Below, piece by piece: positions 10,021-24,212 of a DNA stretch of 64,000 nucleotides (positions are counted from its first letter, which is position 1; each line of letters starts with the position of its first letter). The DNA is taken from assembly GCA_964035545.1 (NCBI GenBank), contig OZ037768.1, forward strand, positions 11,192,741 through 11,256,740. Direction: 5' to 3'. Source of the DNA: Bugula neritina (Eukaryota; Animalia; Bryozoa). The notes under the pieces were generated by a model. That model did not search any database. It saw only the letters and a list, made by a program, of their open reading frames with translations, and was not told where the DNA came from. A program made the translations under genes and the position numbers.

Positions 10021-10139
10021 AGTCTACAGCACCTGGTATTCCCAGGCGGTCACCCATCCAAGTACTAACCAGGCTCGACGTTGCTTAGCTTCAGTGATCG
10101 GACGAGAACTGGCGTTTTCAACGTGATATGGCCGTAGAC
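10021..10139 (-). rRNA. 5S rRNA copy 7
   Basis: Repeat copy. Confidence 0.98.
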
Positions 10140-10808
10140 AACAGTGCACCCTTCGCAGCGATACTGGCTGAAGAATTAGCGGGGCGCGCTCGAGCGTGCA
10201 AGCACGTTGGTGATGCAGTGGCTGCAGTGCGCATTGCCTACTCACACTCTGCAGGTCACAACACCAGTCATGATATTATTATAGCTTAATGCACAGCAAA
10301 GGTTTAAAATAAGCAGGCCTGAGAGGGGGCAAGACGAGAGTCGCGACACCACGGCACACAACTGGAGAGTTGCGCAAAATCTCCGCGTCACATTCGTGTG
10401 ACTTTCAGGATGTGTGCTGTAGCATTGATTGAGATGAGTTTTGAAAGCATTTGCACATGTATATCAGGCAATTTAATTTTGGAATTATTTCAACACTGCA
10501 TTAGAGTTGATTAAATAAAATATTATTCTTGAGAAAGTCTTAAACAATTCTTTTTTGGAATTTGTGAAGCCATGCATCAGAAGAAATTCAAAAAGAATTT
10601 CAAAAATAAAAACATGTAATAAAAAGCAAGAATGATATAATATAATATTATTTTTTGGAAAGGAATGTTAAATATTCCATTTGAGTTAGTGTGTTGAAAA
10701 ACATTTCACATCAGCAAGTTGGAAGAAATAATATTCAAGTAACTGATCATAATATTACTATTGCGTGTTGCTAATGTTTTTGTGTTTGAGGAGAGAAAAA
10801 AGAAAAAA

Positions 10809-10927
10809 AGTCTACAGCACCTGGTATTCCCAGGCGGTCACCCATCCAAGTACTAACCAGGCTCGACGTTGCTTAGCTTCAGTGATCGGACTAGAACTGG
10901 CGTTTTCAACGTGATATGGCCGTAGAC
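10809..10927 (-). rRNA. 5S rRNA copy 8 (C36A)
   Basis: Repeat copy, ggactagaac. Confidence 0.96.
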
Positions 10928-11597
10928 AACAGTGCACCCTTCGCAGCGATACTGGCTGAAGAATTAGCGGGGCGCGCTCGAGCGTGCAAGCACGTTGGTG
11001 ATGCAGTGGCTGCAGTGCGCATTGCCTACTCACACTCTGCAGGTCACAACACCAGTCATGATATTATTATAGCTTAATGCACAGCAAAGGTTTAAAATAA
11101 GCAGGCCTGAGAGGGGGCAAGACGAGAGTCGCGACACCACGGCACACAACTGGAGAGTTGCGCAAAATCTCCGCGTCACATTCGTGTGACTTTCAGGATG
11201 TGTGCTGTAGCATTGATTGAGATGAGTTTTGAAAGCATTTGCACATGTATATCAGGCAATTTAATTTTGGAATTATTTCAACACTGCATTAGAGTTGATT
11301 AAATAAAATATTATTCTTGAGAAAGTCTTAAACAATTCTTTTTTGGAATTTGTGAAGCCATGCATCAGAAGAAATTCAAAAAGAATTTCAAAAATAAAAA
11401 CATGTAATAAAAAGCAAGAATGATATAATATAATATTATTTTTTGGAAAGGAATGTTAAATATTCCATTTGAGTTAGTGTGTTGAAAAACATTTCACATC
11501 AGCAAGTTGGAAGAAATAATATTCGAGTAACTGATCATAATATTACTATTGCGTGTTGCTAATGTTTTTGTGTTTGAGGAGAGAAAAAAGAAAAAAA

Positions 11598-11716
11598 AGT
11601 CTACAGCACCTGGTATTCCCAGGCGGTCACCCATCCAAGTACTAACCAGGCTCGACGTTGCTTAGCTTCAGTGATCGGACGAGAACTGGCGTTTTCAACG
11701 TGATATGGCCGTAGAC
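11598..11716 (-). rRNA. 5S rRNA copy 9
   Basis: Repeat copy. Confidence 0.98.
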
Positions 11717-12385
11717 AACAGTGCACCCTTCGCAGCGATACTGGCTGAAGAATTAGCGGGGCGCGCTCGAGCGTGCAAGCACGTTGGTGATGCAGTGGCT
11801 GCAGTGCGCATTGCCTACTCACACTCTGCAGGTCACAACACCAGTCATGATATTATTATAGCTTAATGCACAGCAAAGGTTTAAAATAAGCAGGCCTGAG
11901 AGGGGGCAAGACGAGAGTCGCGACACCACGGCACACAACTGGAGAGTTGCGCAAAATCTCCGCGTCACATTCGTGTGACTTTCAGGATGTGTGCTGTAGC
12001 ATTGATTGAGATGAGTTTTGAAAGCATTTGCACATGTATATCAGGCAATTTAATTTTGGAATTATTTCAACACTGCATTAGAGTTGATTAAATAAAATAT
12101 TATTCTTGAGAAAGTCTTAAACAATTCTTTTTTGGAATTTGTGAAGCCATGCATCAGAAGAAATTCAAAAAGAATTTCAAAAATAAAAACATGTAATAAA
12201 AAGCAAGAATGATATAATATAATATTATTTTTTGGAAAGGAATGTTAAATATTCCATTTGAGTTAGTGTGTTGAAAAACATTTCACATCAGCAAGTTGGA
12301 AGAAATAATATTCGAGTAACTGATCATAATATTACTATTGCGTGTTGCTAATGTTTTTGTGTTTGAGGAGAGAAAAAAGAAAAAA

Positions 12386-12504
12386 AGTCTACAGCACCTG
12401 GTATTCCCAGGCGGTCACCCATCCAAGTACTAACCAGGCTCGACGTTGCTTAGCTTCAGTGATCGGACTAGAACTGGCGTTTTCAACGTGATATGGCCGT
12501 AGAC
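12386..12504 (-). rRNA. 5S rRNA copy 10 (C36A)
   Basis: Repeat copy, ggactagaac. Confidence 0.96.
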
Positions 12505-13174
12505 AACAGTGCACCCTTCGCAGCGATACTGGCTGAAGAATTAGCGGGGCGCGCTCGAGCGTGCAAGCACGTTGGTGATGCAGTGGCTGCAGTGCGCATT
12601 GCCTACTCACACTCTGCAGGTCACAACACCAGTCATGATATTATTATAGCTTAATGCACAGCAAAGGTTTAAAATAAGCAGGCCTGAGAGGGGGCAAGAC
12701 GAGAGTCGCGACACCACGGCACACAACTGGAGAGTTGCGCAAAATCTCCGCGTCACATTCGTGTGACTTTCAGGATGTGTGCTGTAGCATTGATTGAGAT
12801 GAGTTTTGAAAGCATTTGCACATGTATATCAGGCAATTTAATTTTGGAATTATTTCAACACTGCATTAGAGTTGATTAAATAAAATATTATTCTTGAGAA
12901 AGTCTTAAACAATTCTTTTTTGGAATTTGTGAAGCCATGCATCAGAAGAAATTCAAAAAGAATTTCAAAAATAAAAACATGTAATAAAAAGCAAGAATGA
13001 TATAATATAATATTATTTTTTGGAAAGGAATGTTAAATATTCCATTTGAGTTAGTGTGTTGAAAAACATTTCACATCAGCAAGTTGGAAGAAATAATATT
13101 CGAGTAACTGATCATAATATTACTATTGCGTGTTGCTAATGTTTTTGTGTTTGAGGAGAGAAAAAAGAAAAAAA

Positions 13175-13293
13175 AGTCTACAGCACCTGGTATTCCCAGG
13201 CGGTCACCCATCCAAGTACTAACCAGGCTCGACGTTGCTTAGCTTCAGTGATCGGACGAGAACTGGCGTTTTCAACGTGATATGGCCGTAGAC
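13175..13293 (-). rRNA. 5S rRNA copy 11
   Basis: Repeat copy. Confidence 0.98.
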
Positions 13294-13963
13294 AACAGTG
13301 CACCCTTCGCAGCGATACTGGCTGAAGAATTAGCGGGGCGCGCTCGAGCGTGCAAGCACGTTGGTGATGCAGTGGCTGCAGTGCGCATTGCCTACTCACA
13401 CTCTGCAGGTCACAACACCAGTCATGATATTATTATAGCTTAATGCACAGCAAAGGTTTAAAATAAGCAGGCCTGAGAGGGGGCAAGACGAGAGTCGCGA
13501 CACCACGGCACACAACTGGAGAGTTGCGCAAAATCTCCGCGTCACATTCGTGTGACTTTCAGGATGTGTGCTGTAGCATTGATTGAGATGAGTTTTGAAA
13601 GCATTTGCACATGTATATCAGGCAATTTAATTTTGGAATTATTTCAACACTGCATTAGAGTTGATTAAATAAAATATTATTCTTGAGAAAGTCTTAAACA
13701 ATTCTTTTTTGGAATTTGTGAAGCCATGCATCAGAAGAAATTCAAAAAGAATTTCAAAAATAAAAACATGTAATAAAAAGCAAGAATGATATAATATAAT
13801 ATTATTTTTTGGAAAGGAATGTTAAATATTCCATTTGAGTTAGTGTGTTGAAAAACATTTCACATCAGCAAGTTGGAAGAAATAATATTCGAGTAACTGA
13901 TCATAATATTACTATTGCGTGTTGCTAATGTTTTTGTGTTTGAGGAGAGAAAAAAGAAAAAAA

Positions 13964-14082
13964 AGTCTACAGCACCTGGTATTCCCAGGCGGTCACCCAT
14001 CCAAGTACTAACCAGGCTCGACGTTGCTTAGCTTCAGTGATCGGACGAGAACTGGCGTTTTCAACGTGATATGGCCGTAGAC
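13964..14082 (-). rRNA. 5S rRNA copy 12
   Basis: Repeat copy. Confidence 0.98.
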
Positions 14083-14751
14083 AACAGTGCACCCTTCGCA
14101 GCGATACTGGCTGAAGAATTAGCGGGGCGCGCTCGAGCGTGCAAGCACGTTGGTGATGCAGTGGCTGCAGTGCGCATTGCCTACTCACACTCTGCAGGTC
14201 ACAACACCAGTCATGATATTATTATAGCTTAATGCACAGCAAAGGTTTAAAATAAGCAGGCCTGAGAGGGGGCAAGACGAGAGTCGCGACACCACGGCAC
14301 ACAACTGGAGAGTTGCGCAAAATCTCCGCGTCACATTCGTGTGACTTTCAGGATGTGTGCTGTAGCATTGATTGAGATGAGTTTTGAAAGCATTTGCACA
14401 TGTATATCAGGCAATTTAATTTTGGAATTATTTCAACACTGCATTAGAGTTGATTAAATAAAATATTATTCTTGAGAAAGTCTTAAACAATTCTTTTTTG
14501 GAATTTGTGAAGCCATGCATCAGAAGAAATTCAAAAAGAATTTCAAAAATAAAAACATGTAATAAAAAGCAAGAATGATATAATATAATATTATTTTTTG
14601 GAAAGGAATGTTAAATATTCCATTTGAGTTAGTGTGTTGAAAAACATTTCACATCAGCAAGTTGGAAGAAATAATATTCAAGTAACTGATCATAATATTA
14701 CTATTGCGTGTTGCTAATGTTTTTGTGTTTGAGGAGAGAAAAAAGAAAAAA

Positions 14752-14870
14752 AGTCTACAGCACCTGGTATTCCCAGGCGGTCACCCATCCAAGTACTAAC
14801 CAGGCTCGACGTTGCTTAGCTTCAGTGATCGGACTAGAACTGGCGTTTTCAACGTGATATGGCCGTAGAC
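14752..14870 (-). rRNA. 5S rRNA copy 13 (C36A)
   Basis: Repeat copy, ggactagaac. Confidence 0.96.
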
Positions 14871-15540
14871 AACAGTGCACCCTTCGCAGCGATACTGGCT
14901 GAAGAATTAGCGGGGCGCGCTCGAGCGTGCAAGCACGTTGGTGATGCAGTGGCTGCAGTGCGCATTGCCTACTCACACTCTGCAGGTCACAACACCAGTC
15001 ATGATATTATTATAGCTTAATGCACAGCAAAGGTTTAAAATAAGCAGGCCTGAGAGGGGGCAAGACGAGAGTCGCGACACCACGGCACACAACTGGAGAG
15101 TTGCGCAAAATCTCCGCGTCACATTCGTGTGACTTTCAGGATGTGTGCTGTAGCATTGATTGAGATGAGTTTTGAAAGCATTTGCACATGTATATCAGGC
15201 AATTTAATTTTGGAATTATTTCAACACTGCATTAGAGTTGATTAAATAAAATATTATTCTTGAGAAAGTCTTAAACAATTCTTTTTTGGAATTTGTGAAG
15301 CCATGCATCAGAAGAAATTCAAAAAGAATTTCAAAAATAAAAACATGTAATAAAAAGCAAGAATGATATAATATAATATTATTTTTTGGAAAGGAATGTT
15401 AAATATTCCATTTGAGTTAGTGTGTTGAAAAACATTTCACATCAGCAAGTTGGAAGAAATAATATTCGAGTAACTGATCATAATATTACTATTGCGTGTT
15501 GCTAATGTTTTTGTGTTTGAGGAGAGAAAAAAGAAAAAAA

Positions 15541-15659
15541 AGTCTACAGCACCTGGTATTCCCAGGCGGTCACCCATCCAAGTACTAACCAGGCTCGACG
15601 TTGCTTAGCTTCAGTGATCGGACGAGAACTGGCGTTTTCAACGTGATATGGCCGTAGAC
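15541..15659 (-). rRNA. 5S rRNA copy 14
   Basis: Repeat copy. Confidence 0.98.
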
Positions 15660-16328
15660 AACAGTGCACCCTTCGCAGCGATACTGGCTGAAGAATTAGC
15701 GGGGCGCGCTCGAGCGTGCAAGCACGTTGGTGATGCAGTGGCTGCAGTGCGCATTGCCTACTCACACTCTGCAGGTCACAACACCAGTCATGATATTATT
15801 ATAGCTTAATGCACAGCAAAGGTTTAAAATAAGCAGGCCTGAGAGGGGGCAAGACGAGAGTCGCGACACCACGGCACACAACTGGAGAGTTGCGCAAAAT
15901 CTCCGCGTCACATTCGTGTGACTTTCAGGATGTGTGCTGTAGCATTGATTGAGATGAGTTTTGAAAGCATTTGCACATGTATATCAGGCAATTTAATTTT
16001 GGAATTATTTCAACACTGCATTAGAGTTGATTAAATAAAATATTATTCTTGAGAAAGTCTTAAACAATTCTTTTTTGGAATTTGTGAAGCCATGCATCAG
16101 AAGAAATTCAAAAAGAATTTCAAAAATAAAAACATGTAATAAAAAGCAAGAATGATATAATATAATATTACTTTTTGGAAAGGAATGTTAAATATTCCAT
16201 TTGAGTTAGTGTGTTGAAAAACATTTCACATCAGCAAGTTGGAAGAAATAATATTCGAGTAACTGATCATAATATTACTATTGCGTGTTGCTAATGTTTT
16301 TGTGTTTGAGGAGAGAAAAAAGAAAAAA

Positions 16329-16447
16329 AGTCTACAGCACCTGGTATTCCCAGGCGGTCACCCATCCAAGTACTAACCAGGCTCGACGTTGCTTAGCTTC
16401 AGTGATCGGACTAGAACTGGCGTTTTCAACGTGATATGGCCGTAGAC
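16329..16447 (-). rRNA. 5S rRNA copy 15 (C36A)
   Basis: Repeat copy, ggactagaac. Confidence 0.96.
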
Positions 16448-17117
16448 AACAGTGCACCCTTCGCAGCGATACTGGCTGAAGAATTAGCGGGGCGCGCTCG
16501 AGCGTGCAAGCACGTTGGTGATGCAGTGGCTGCAGTGCGCATTGCCTACTCACACTCTGCAGGTCACAACACCAGTCATGATATTATTATAGCTTAATGC
16601 ACAGCAAAGGTTTAAAATAAGCAGGCCTGAGAGGGGGCAAGACGAGAGTCGCGACACCACGGCACACAACTGGAGAGTTGCGCAAAATCTCCGCGTCACA
16701 TTCGTGTGACTTTCAGGATGTGTGCTGTAGCATTGATTGAGATGAGTTTTGAAAGCATTTGCACATGTATATCAGGCAATTTAATTTTGGAATTATTTCA
16801 ACACTGCATTAGAGTTGATTAAATAAAATATTATTCTTGAGAAAGTCTTAAACAATTCTTTTTTGGAATTTGTGAAGCCATGCATCAGAGGAAATTCAAA
16901 AAGAATTTCAAAAATAAAAACATGTAATAAAAAGCAAGAATGATATAATATAATATTATTTTTTGGAAAGGAATGTTAAATATTCCATTTGAGTTAGTGT
17001 GTTGAAAAACATTTCACATCAGCAAGTTGGAAGAAATAATATTCGAGTAACTGATCATAATATTACTATTGCGTGTTGCTAATGTTTTTGTGTTTGAGGA
17101 GAGAAAAAAGAAAAAAA

Positions 17118-17236
17118 AGTCTACAGCACCTGGTATTCCCAGGCGGTCACCCATCCAAGTACTAACCAGGCTCGACGTTGCTTAGCTTCAGTGATCGGAC
17201 GAGAACTGGCGTTTTCAACGTGATATGGCCGTAGAC
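17118..17236 (-). rRNA. 5S rRNA copy 16
   Basis: Repeat copy. Confidence 0.98.
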
Positions 17237-17905
17237 AACAGTGCACCCTTCGCAGCGATACTGGCTGAAGAATTAGCGGGGCGCGCTCGAGCGTGCAAGC
17301 ACGTTGGTGATGCAGTGGCTGCAGTGCGCATTGCCTACTCACACTCTGCAGGTCACAACACCAGTCATGATATTATTATAGCTTAATGCACAGCAAAGGT
17401 TTAAAATAAGCAGGCCTGAGAGGGGGCAAGACGAGAGTCGCGACACCACGGCACACAACTGGAGAGTTGCGCAAAATCTCCGCGTCACATTCGTGTGACT
17501 TTCAGGATGTGTGCTGTAGCATTGATTGAGATGAGTTTTGAAAGCATTTGCACATGTATATCAGGCAATTTAATTTTGGAATTATTTCAACACTGCATTA
17601 GAGTTGATTAAATAAAATATTATTCTTGAGAAAGTCTTAAACAATTCTTTTTTGGAATTTGTGAAGCCATGCATCAGAAGAAATTCAAAAAGAATTTCAA
17701 AAATAAAAACATGTAATAAAAAGCAAGAATGATATAATATAATATTATTTTTTGGAAAGGAATGTTAAATATTCCATTTGAGTTAGTGTGTTGAAAAACA
17801 TTTCACATCAGCAAGTTGGAAGAAATAATATTCAAGTAACTGATCATAATATTACTATTGCGTGTTGCTAATGTTTTTGTGTTTGAGGAGAGAAAAAAGA
17901 AAAAA

Positions 17906-18024
17906 AGTCTACAGCACCTGGTATTCCCAGGCGGTCACCCATCCAAGTACTAACCAGGCTCGACGTTGCTTAGCTTCAGTGATCGGACTAGAACTGGCGT
18001 TTTCAACGTGATATGGCCGTAGAC
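17906..18024 (-). rRNA. 5S rRNA copy 17 (C36A)
   Basis: Repeat copy, ggactagaac. Confidence 0.96.
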
Positions 18025-18694
18025 AACAGTGCACCCTTCGCAGCGATACTGGCTGAAGAATTAGCGGGGCGCGCTCGAGCGTGCAAGCACGTTGGTGATG
18101 CAGTGGCTGCAGTGCGCATTGCCTACTCACACTCTGCAGGTCACAACACCAGTCATGATATTATTATAGCTTAATGCACAGCAAAGGTTTAAAATAAGCA
18201 GGCCTGAGAGGGGGCAAGACGAGAGTCGCGACACCACGGCACACAACTGGAGAGTTGCGCAAAATCTCCGCGTCACATTCGTGTGACTTTCAGGATGTGT
18301 GCTGTAGCATTGATTGAGATGAGTTTTGAAAGCATTTGCACATGTATATCAGGCAATTTAATTTTGGAATTATTTCAACACTGCATTAGAGTTGATTAAA
18401 TAAAATATTATTCTTGAGAAAGTCTTAAACAATTCTTTTTTGGAATTTGTGAAGCCATGCATCAGAGGAAATTCAAAAAGAATTTCAAAAATAAAAACAT
18501 GTAATAAAAAGCAAGAATGATATAATATAATATTATTTTTTGGAAAGGAATGTTAAATATTCCATTTGAGTTAGTGTGTTGAAAAACATTTCACATCAGC
18601 AAGTTGGAAGAAATAATATTCGAGTAACTGATCATAATATTACTATTGCGTGTTGCTAATGTTTTTGTGTTTGAGGAGAGAAAAAAGAAAAAAA

Positions 18695-18813
18695 AGTCTA
18701 CAGCACCTGGTATTCCCAGGCGGTCACCCATCCAAGTACTAACCAGGCTCGACGTTGCTTAGCTTCAGTGATCGGACGAGAACTGGCGTTTTCAACGTGA
18801 TATGGCCGTAGAC
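18695..18813 (-). rRNA. 5S rRNA copy 18
   Basis: Repeat copy. Confidence 0.98.
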
Positions 18814-19482
18814 AACAGTGCACCCTTCGCAGCGATACTGGCTGAAGAATTAGCGGGGCGCGCTCGAGCGTGCAAGCACGTTGGTGATGCAGTGGCTGCA
18901 GTGCGCATTGCCTACTCACACTCTGCAGGTCACAACACCAGTCATGATATTATTATAGCTTAATGCACAGCAAAGGTTTAAAATAAGCAGGCCTGAGAGG
19001 GGGCAAGACGAGAGTCGCGACACCACGGCACACAACTGGAGAGTTGCGCAAAATCTCCGCGTCACATTCGTGTGACTTTCAGGATGTGTGCTGTAGCATT
19101 GATTGAGATGAGTTTTGAAAGCATTTGCACATGTATATCAGGCAATTTAATTTTGGAATTATTTCAACACTGCATTAGAGTTGATTAAATAAAATATTAT
19201 TCTTGAGAAAGTCTTAAACAATTCTTTTTTGGAATTTGTGAAGCCATGCATCAGAAGAAATTCAAAAAGAATTTCAAAAATAAAAACATGTAATAAAAAG
19301 CAAGAATGATATAATATAATATTATTTTTTGGAAAGGAATGTTAAATATTCCATTTGAGTTAGTGTGTTGAAAAACATTTCACATCAGCAAGTTGGAAGA
19401 AATAATATTCGAGTAACTGATCATAATATTACTATTGCGTGTTGCTAATGTTTTTGTGTTTGAGGAGAGAAAAAAGAAAAAA

Positions 19483-19601
19483 AGTCTACAGCACCTGGTA
19501 TTCCCAGGCGGTCACCCATCCAAGTACTAACCAGGCTCGACGTTGCTTAGCTTCAGTGATCGGACTAGAACTGGCGTTTTCAACGTGATATGGCCGTAGA
19601 C
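19483..19601 (-). rRNA. 5S rRNA copy 19 (C36A)
   Basis: Repeat copy, ggactagaac. Confidence 0.96.
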
Positions 19602-20271
19602 AACAGTGCACCCTTCGCAGCGATACTGGCTGAAGAATTAGCGGGGCGCGCTCGAGCGTGCAAGCACGTTGGTGATGCAGTGGCTGCAGTGCGCATTGCC
19701 TACTCACACTCTGCAGGTCACAACACCAGTCATGATATTATTATAGCTTAATGCACAGCAAAGGTTTAAAATAAGCAGGCCTGAGAGGGGGCAAGACGAG
19801 AGTCGCGACACCACGGCACACAACTGGAGAGTTGCGCAAAATCTCCGCGTCACATTCGTGTGACTTTCAGGATGTGTGCTGTAGCATTGATTGAGATGAG
19901 TTTTGAAAGCATTTGCACATGTATATCAGGCAATTTAATTTTGGAATTATTTCAACACTGCATTAGAGTTGATTAAATAAAATATTATTCTTGAGAAAGT
20001 CTTAAACAATTCTTTTTTGGAATTTGTGAAGCCATGCATCAGAAGAAATTCAAAAAGAATTTCAAAAATAAAAACATGTAATAAAAAGCAAGAATGATAT
20101 AATATAATATTATTTTTTGGAAAGGAATGTTAAATATTCCATTTGAGTTAGTGTGTTGAAAAACATTTCACATCAGCAAGTTGGAAGAAATAATATTCGA
20201 GTAACTGATCATAATATTACTATTGCGTGTTGCTAATGTTTTTGTGTTTGAGGAGAGAAAAAAGAAAAAAA

Positions 20272-20390
20272 AGTCTACAGCACCTGGTATTCCCAGGCGG
20301 TCACCCATCCAAGTACTAACCAGGCTCGACGTTGCTTAGCTTCAGTGATCGGACGAGAACTGGCGTTTTCAACGTGATATGGCCGTAGAC
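20272..20390 (-). rRNA. 5S rRNA copy 20
   Basis: Repeat copy. Confidence 0.98.
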
Positions 20391-21059
20391 AACAGTGCAC
20401 CCTTCGCAGCGATACTGGCTGAAGAATTAGCGGGGCGCGCTCGAGCGTGCAAGCACGTTGGTGATGCAGTGGCTGCAGTGCGCATTGCCTACTCACACTC
20501 TGCAGGTCACAACACCAGTCATGATATTATTATAGCTTAATGCACAGCAAAGGTTTAAAATAAGCAGGCCTGAGAGGGGGCAAGACGAGAGTCGCGACAC
20601 CACGGCACACAACTGGAGAGTTGCGCAAAATCTCCGCGTCACATTCGTGTGACTTTCAGGATGTGTGCTGTAGCATTGATTGAGATGAGTTTTGAAAGCA
20701 TTTGCACATGTATATCAGGCAATTTAATTTTGGAATTATTTCAACACTGCATTAGAGTTGATTAAATAAAATATTATTCTTGAGAAAGTCTTAAACGATT
20801 CTTTTTTGGAATTTGTGAAGCCATGCATCAGAAGAAATTCAAAAAGAATTTCAAAAATAAAAACATGTAATAAAAAGCAAGAATGATATAATATAATATT
20901 ATTTTTTGGAAAGGAATGTTAAATATTCCATTTGAGTTAGTGTGTTGAAAAACATTTCACATCAGCAAGTTGGAAGAAATAATATTCGAGTAACTGATCA
21001 TAATATTACTATTGCGTGTTGCTAATGTTTTTGTGTTTGAGGAGAGAAAAAAGAAAAAA

Positions 21060-21178
21060 AGTCTACAGCACCTGGTATTCCCAGGCGGTCACCCATCCAA
21101 GTACTAACCAGGCTCGACGTTGCTTAGCTTCAGTGATCGGACTAGAACTGGCGTTTTCAACGTGATATGGCCGTAGAC
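21060..21178 (-). rRNA. 5S rRNA copy 21 (C36A)
   Basis: Repeat copy, ggactagaac. Confidence 0.96.
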
Positions 21179-21847
21179 AACAGTGCACCCTTCGCAGCGA
21201 TACTGGCTGAAGAATTAGCGGGGCGCGCTCGAGCGTGCAAGCACGTTGGTGATGCAGTGGCTGCAGTGCGCATTGCCTACTCACACTCTGCAGGTCACAA
21301 CACCAGTCATGATATTATTATAGCTTAATGCACAGCAAAGGTTTAAAATAAGCAGGCCTGAGAGGGGGCAAGACGAGAGTCGCGACACCACGGCACACAA
21401 CTGGAGAGTTGCGCAAAATCTCCGCGTCACATTCGTGTGACTTTCAGGATGTGTGCTGTAGCATTGATTGAGATGAGTTTTGAAAGCATTTGCACATGTA
21501 TATCAGGCAATTTAATTTTGGAATTATTTCAACACTGCATTAGAGTTGATTAAATAAAATATTATTCTTGAGAAAGTCTTAAACAATTCTTTTTTGGAAT
21601 TTGTGAAGCCATGCATCAGAAGAAATTCAAAAAGAATTTCAAAAATAAAAACATGTAATAAAAAGCAAGAATGATATAATATAATATTATTTTTTGGAAA
21701 GGAATGTTAAATATTCCATTTGAGTTAGTGTGTTGAAAAACATTTCACATCAGCAAGTTGGAAGAAATAATATTCAAGTAACTGATCATAATATTACTAT
21801 TGCGTGTTGCTAATGTTTTTGTGTTTGAGGAGAGAAAAAAGAAAAAA

Positions 21848-21966
21848 AGTCTACAGCACCTGGTATTCCCAGGCGGTCACCCATCCAAGTACTAACCAGG
21901 CTCGACGTTGCTTAGCTTCAGTGATCGGACTAGAACTGGCGTTTTCAACGTGATATGGCCGTAGAC
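21848..21966 (-). rRNA. 5S rRNA copy 22 (C36A)
   Basis: Repeat copy, ggactagaac. Confidence 0.96.
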
Positions 21967-22636
21967 AACAGTGCACCCTTCGCAGCGATACTGGCTGAAG
22001 AATTAGCGGGGCGCGCTCGAGCGTGCAAGCACGTTGGTGATGCAGTGGCTGCAGTGCGCATTGCCTACTCACACTCTGCAGGTCACAACACCAGTCATGA
22101 TATTATTATAGCTTAATGCACAGCAAAGGTTTAAAATAAGCAGGCCTGAGAGGGGGCAAGACGAGAGTCGCGACACCACGGCACACAACTGGAGAGTTGC
22201 GCAAAATCTCCGCGTCACATTCGTGTGACTTTCAGGATGTGTGCTGTAGCATTGATTGAGATGAGTTTTGAAAGCATTTGCACATGTATATCAGGCAATT
22301 TAATTTTGGAATTATTTCAACACTGCATTAGAGTTGATTAAATAAAATATTATTCTTGAGAAAGTCTTAAACAATTCTTTTTTGGAATTTGTGAAGCCAT
22401 GCATCAGAAGAAATTCAAAAAGAATTTCAAAAATAAAAACATGTAATAAAAAGCAAGAATGATATAATATAATATTATTTTTTGGAAAGGAATGTTAAAT
22501 ATTCCATTTGAGTTAGTGTGTTGAAAAACATTTCACATCAGCAAGTTGGAAGAAATAATATTCGAGTAACTGATCATAATATTACTATTGCGTGTTGCTA
22601 ATGTTTTTGTGTTTGAGGAGAGAAAAAAGAAAAAAA

Positions 22637-22755
22637 AGTCTACAGCACCTGGTATTCCCAGGCGGTCACCCATCCAAGTACTAACCAGGCTCGACGTTGC
22701 TTAGCTTCAGTGATCGGACGAGAACTGGCGTTTTCAACGTGATATGGCCGTAGAC
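22637..22755 (-). rRNA. 5S rRNA copy 23
   Basis: Repeat copy. Confidence 0.98.
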
Positions 22756-23424
22756 AACAGTGCACCCTTCGCAGCGATACTGGCTGAAGAATTAGCGGGG
22801 CGCGCTCGAGCGTGCAAGCACGTTGGTGATGCAGTGGCTGCAGTGCGCATTGCCTACTCACACTCTGCAGGTCACAACACCAGTCATGATATTATTATAG
22901 CTTAATGCACAGCAAAGGTTTAAAATAAGCAGGCCTGAGAGGGGGCAAGACGAGAGTCGCGACACCACGGCACACAACTGGAGAGTTGCGCAAAATCTCC
23001 GCGTCACATTCGTGTGACTTTCAGGATGTGTGCTGTAGCATTGATTGAGATGAGTTTTGAAAGCATTTGCACATGTATATCAGGCAATTTAATTTTGGAA
23101 TTATTTCAACACTGCATTAGAGTTGATTAAATAAAATATTATTCTTGAGAAAGTCTTAAACAATTCTTTTTTGGAATTTGTGAAGCCATGCATCAGAAGA
23201 AATTCAAAAAGAATTTCAAAAATAAAAACATGTAATAAAAAGCAAGAATGATATAATATAATATTATTTTTTGGAAAGGAATGTTAAATATTCCATTTGA
23301 GTTAGTGTGTTGAAAAACATTTCACATCAGCAAGTTGGAAGAAATAATATTCGAGTAACTGATCATAATATTACTATTGCGTGTTGCTAATGTTTTTGTG
23401 TTTGAGGAGAGAAAAAAGAAAAAA

Positions 23425-23543
23425 AGTCTACAGCACCTGGTATTCCCAGGCGGTCACCCATCCAAGTACTAACCAGGCTCGACGTTGCTTAGCTTCAGTG
23501 ATCGGACTAGAACTGGCGTTTTCAACGTGATATGGCCGTAGAC
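23425..23543 (-). rRNA. 5S rRNA copy 24 (C36A)
   Basis: Repeat copy, ggactagaac. Confidence 0.96.
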
Positions 23544-24212
23544 AACAGTGCACCCTTCGCAGCGATACTGGCTGAAGAATTAGCGGGGCGCGCTCGAGCG
23601 TGCAAGCACGTTGGTGATGCAGTGGCTGCAGTGCGCATTGCCTACTCGCACTCTGCAGGTCACAACACCAGTCATGATATTATTATAGCTTAATGCACAG
23701 CAAAGGTTTAAAATGAGCAGGCCTGAGAGGGGGCAAGACGAGAGTCGCGACACCACGGCACACAACTGGAGAGTTGCGCGAAATCTCCGCGTCACATTCG
23801 TGTGACTTTCAGGATGTGTGCTGTAGCATTGATTGAGATGAGTTTTGAAAGCATTTGCACATGTATATCAGGCAATTTAATTTTGGAATTATTTCAACAC
23901 TGCATTAGAGTTGATTAAATAAAATATTATTCTTGAGAAAGTCTTAAACAATTCTTTTTTGGAATTTGTGAAGCCATGCATCAGAAGAAATTCAAAAAGA
24001 ATTTCAAAAATAAAAACATGTAATAAAAAGCAAGAATGATATAATATAATATTATTTTTTGGAAAGGAATGTTAAATATTCCATTTGAGTTAGTGTGTTG
24101 AAAAACATTTCACATCAGCAAGTTGGAAGAAATAATATTCGAGTAACTGATCATAATATTACTATTGCGTGTTGCTAATGTTTTTGTGTTTGAGGAGAGA
24201 AAAAAGAAAAAA

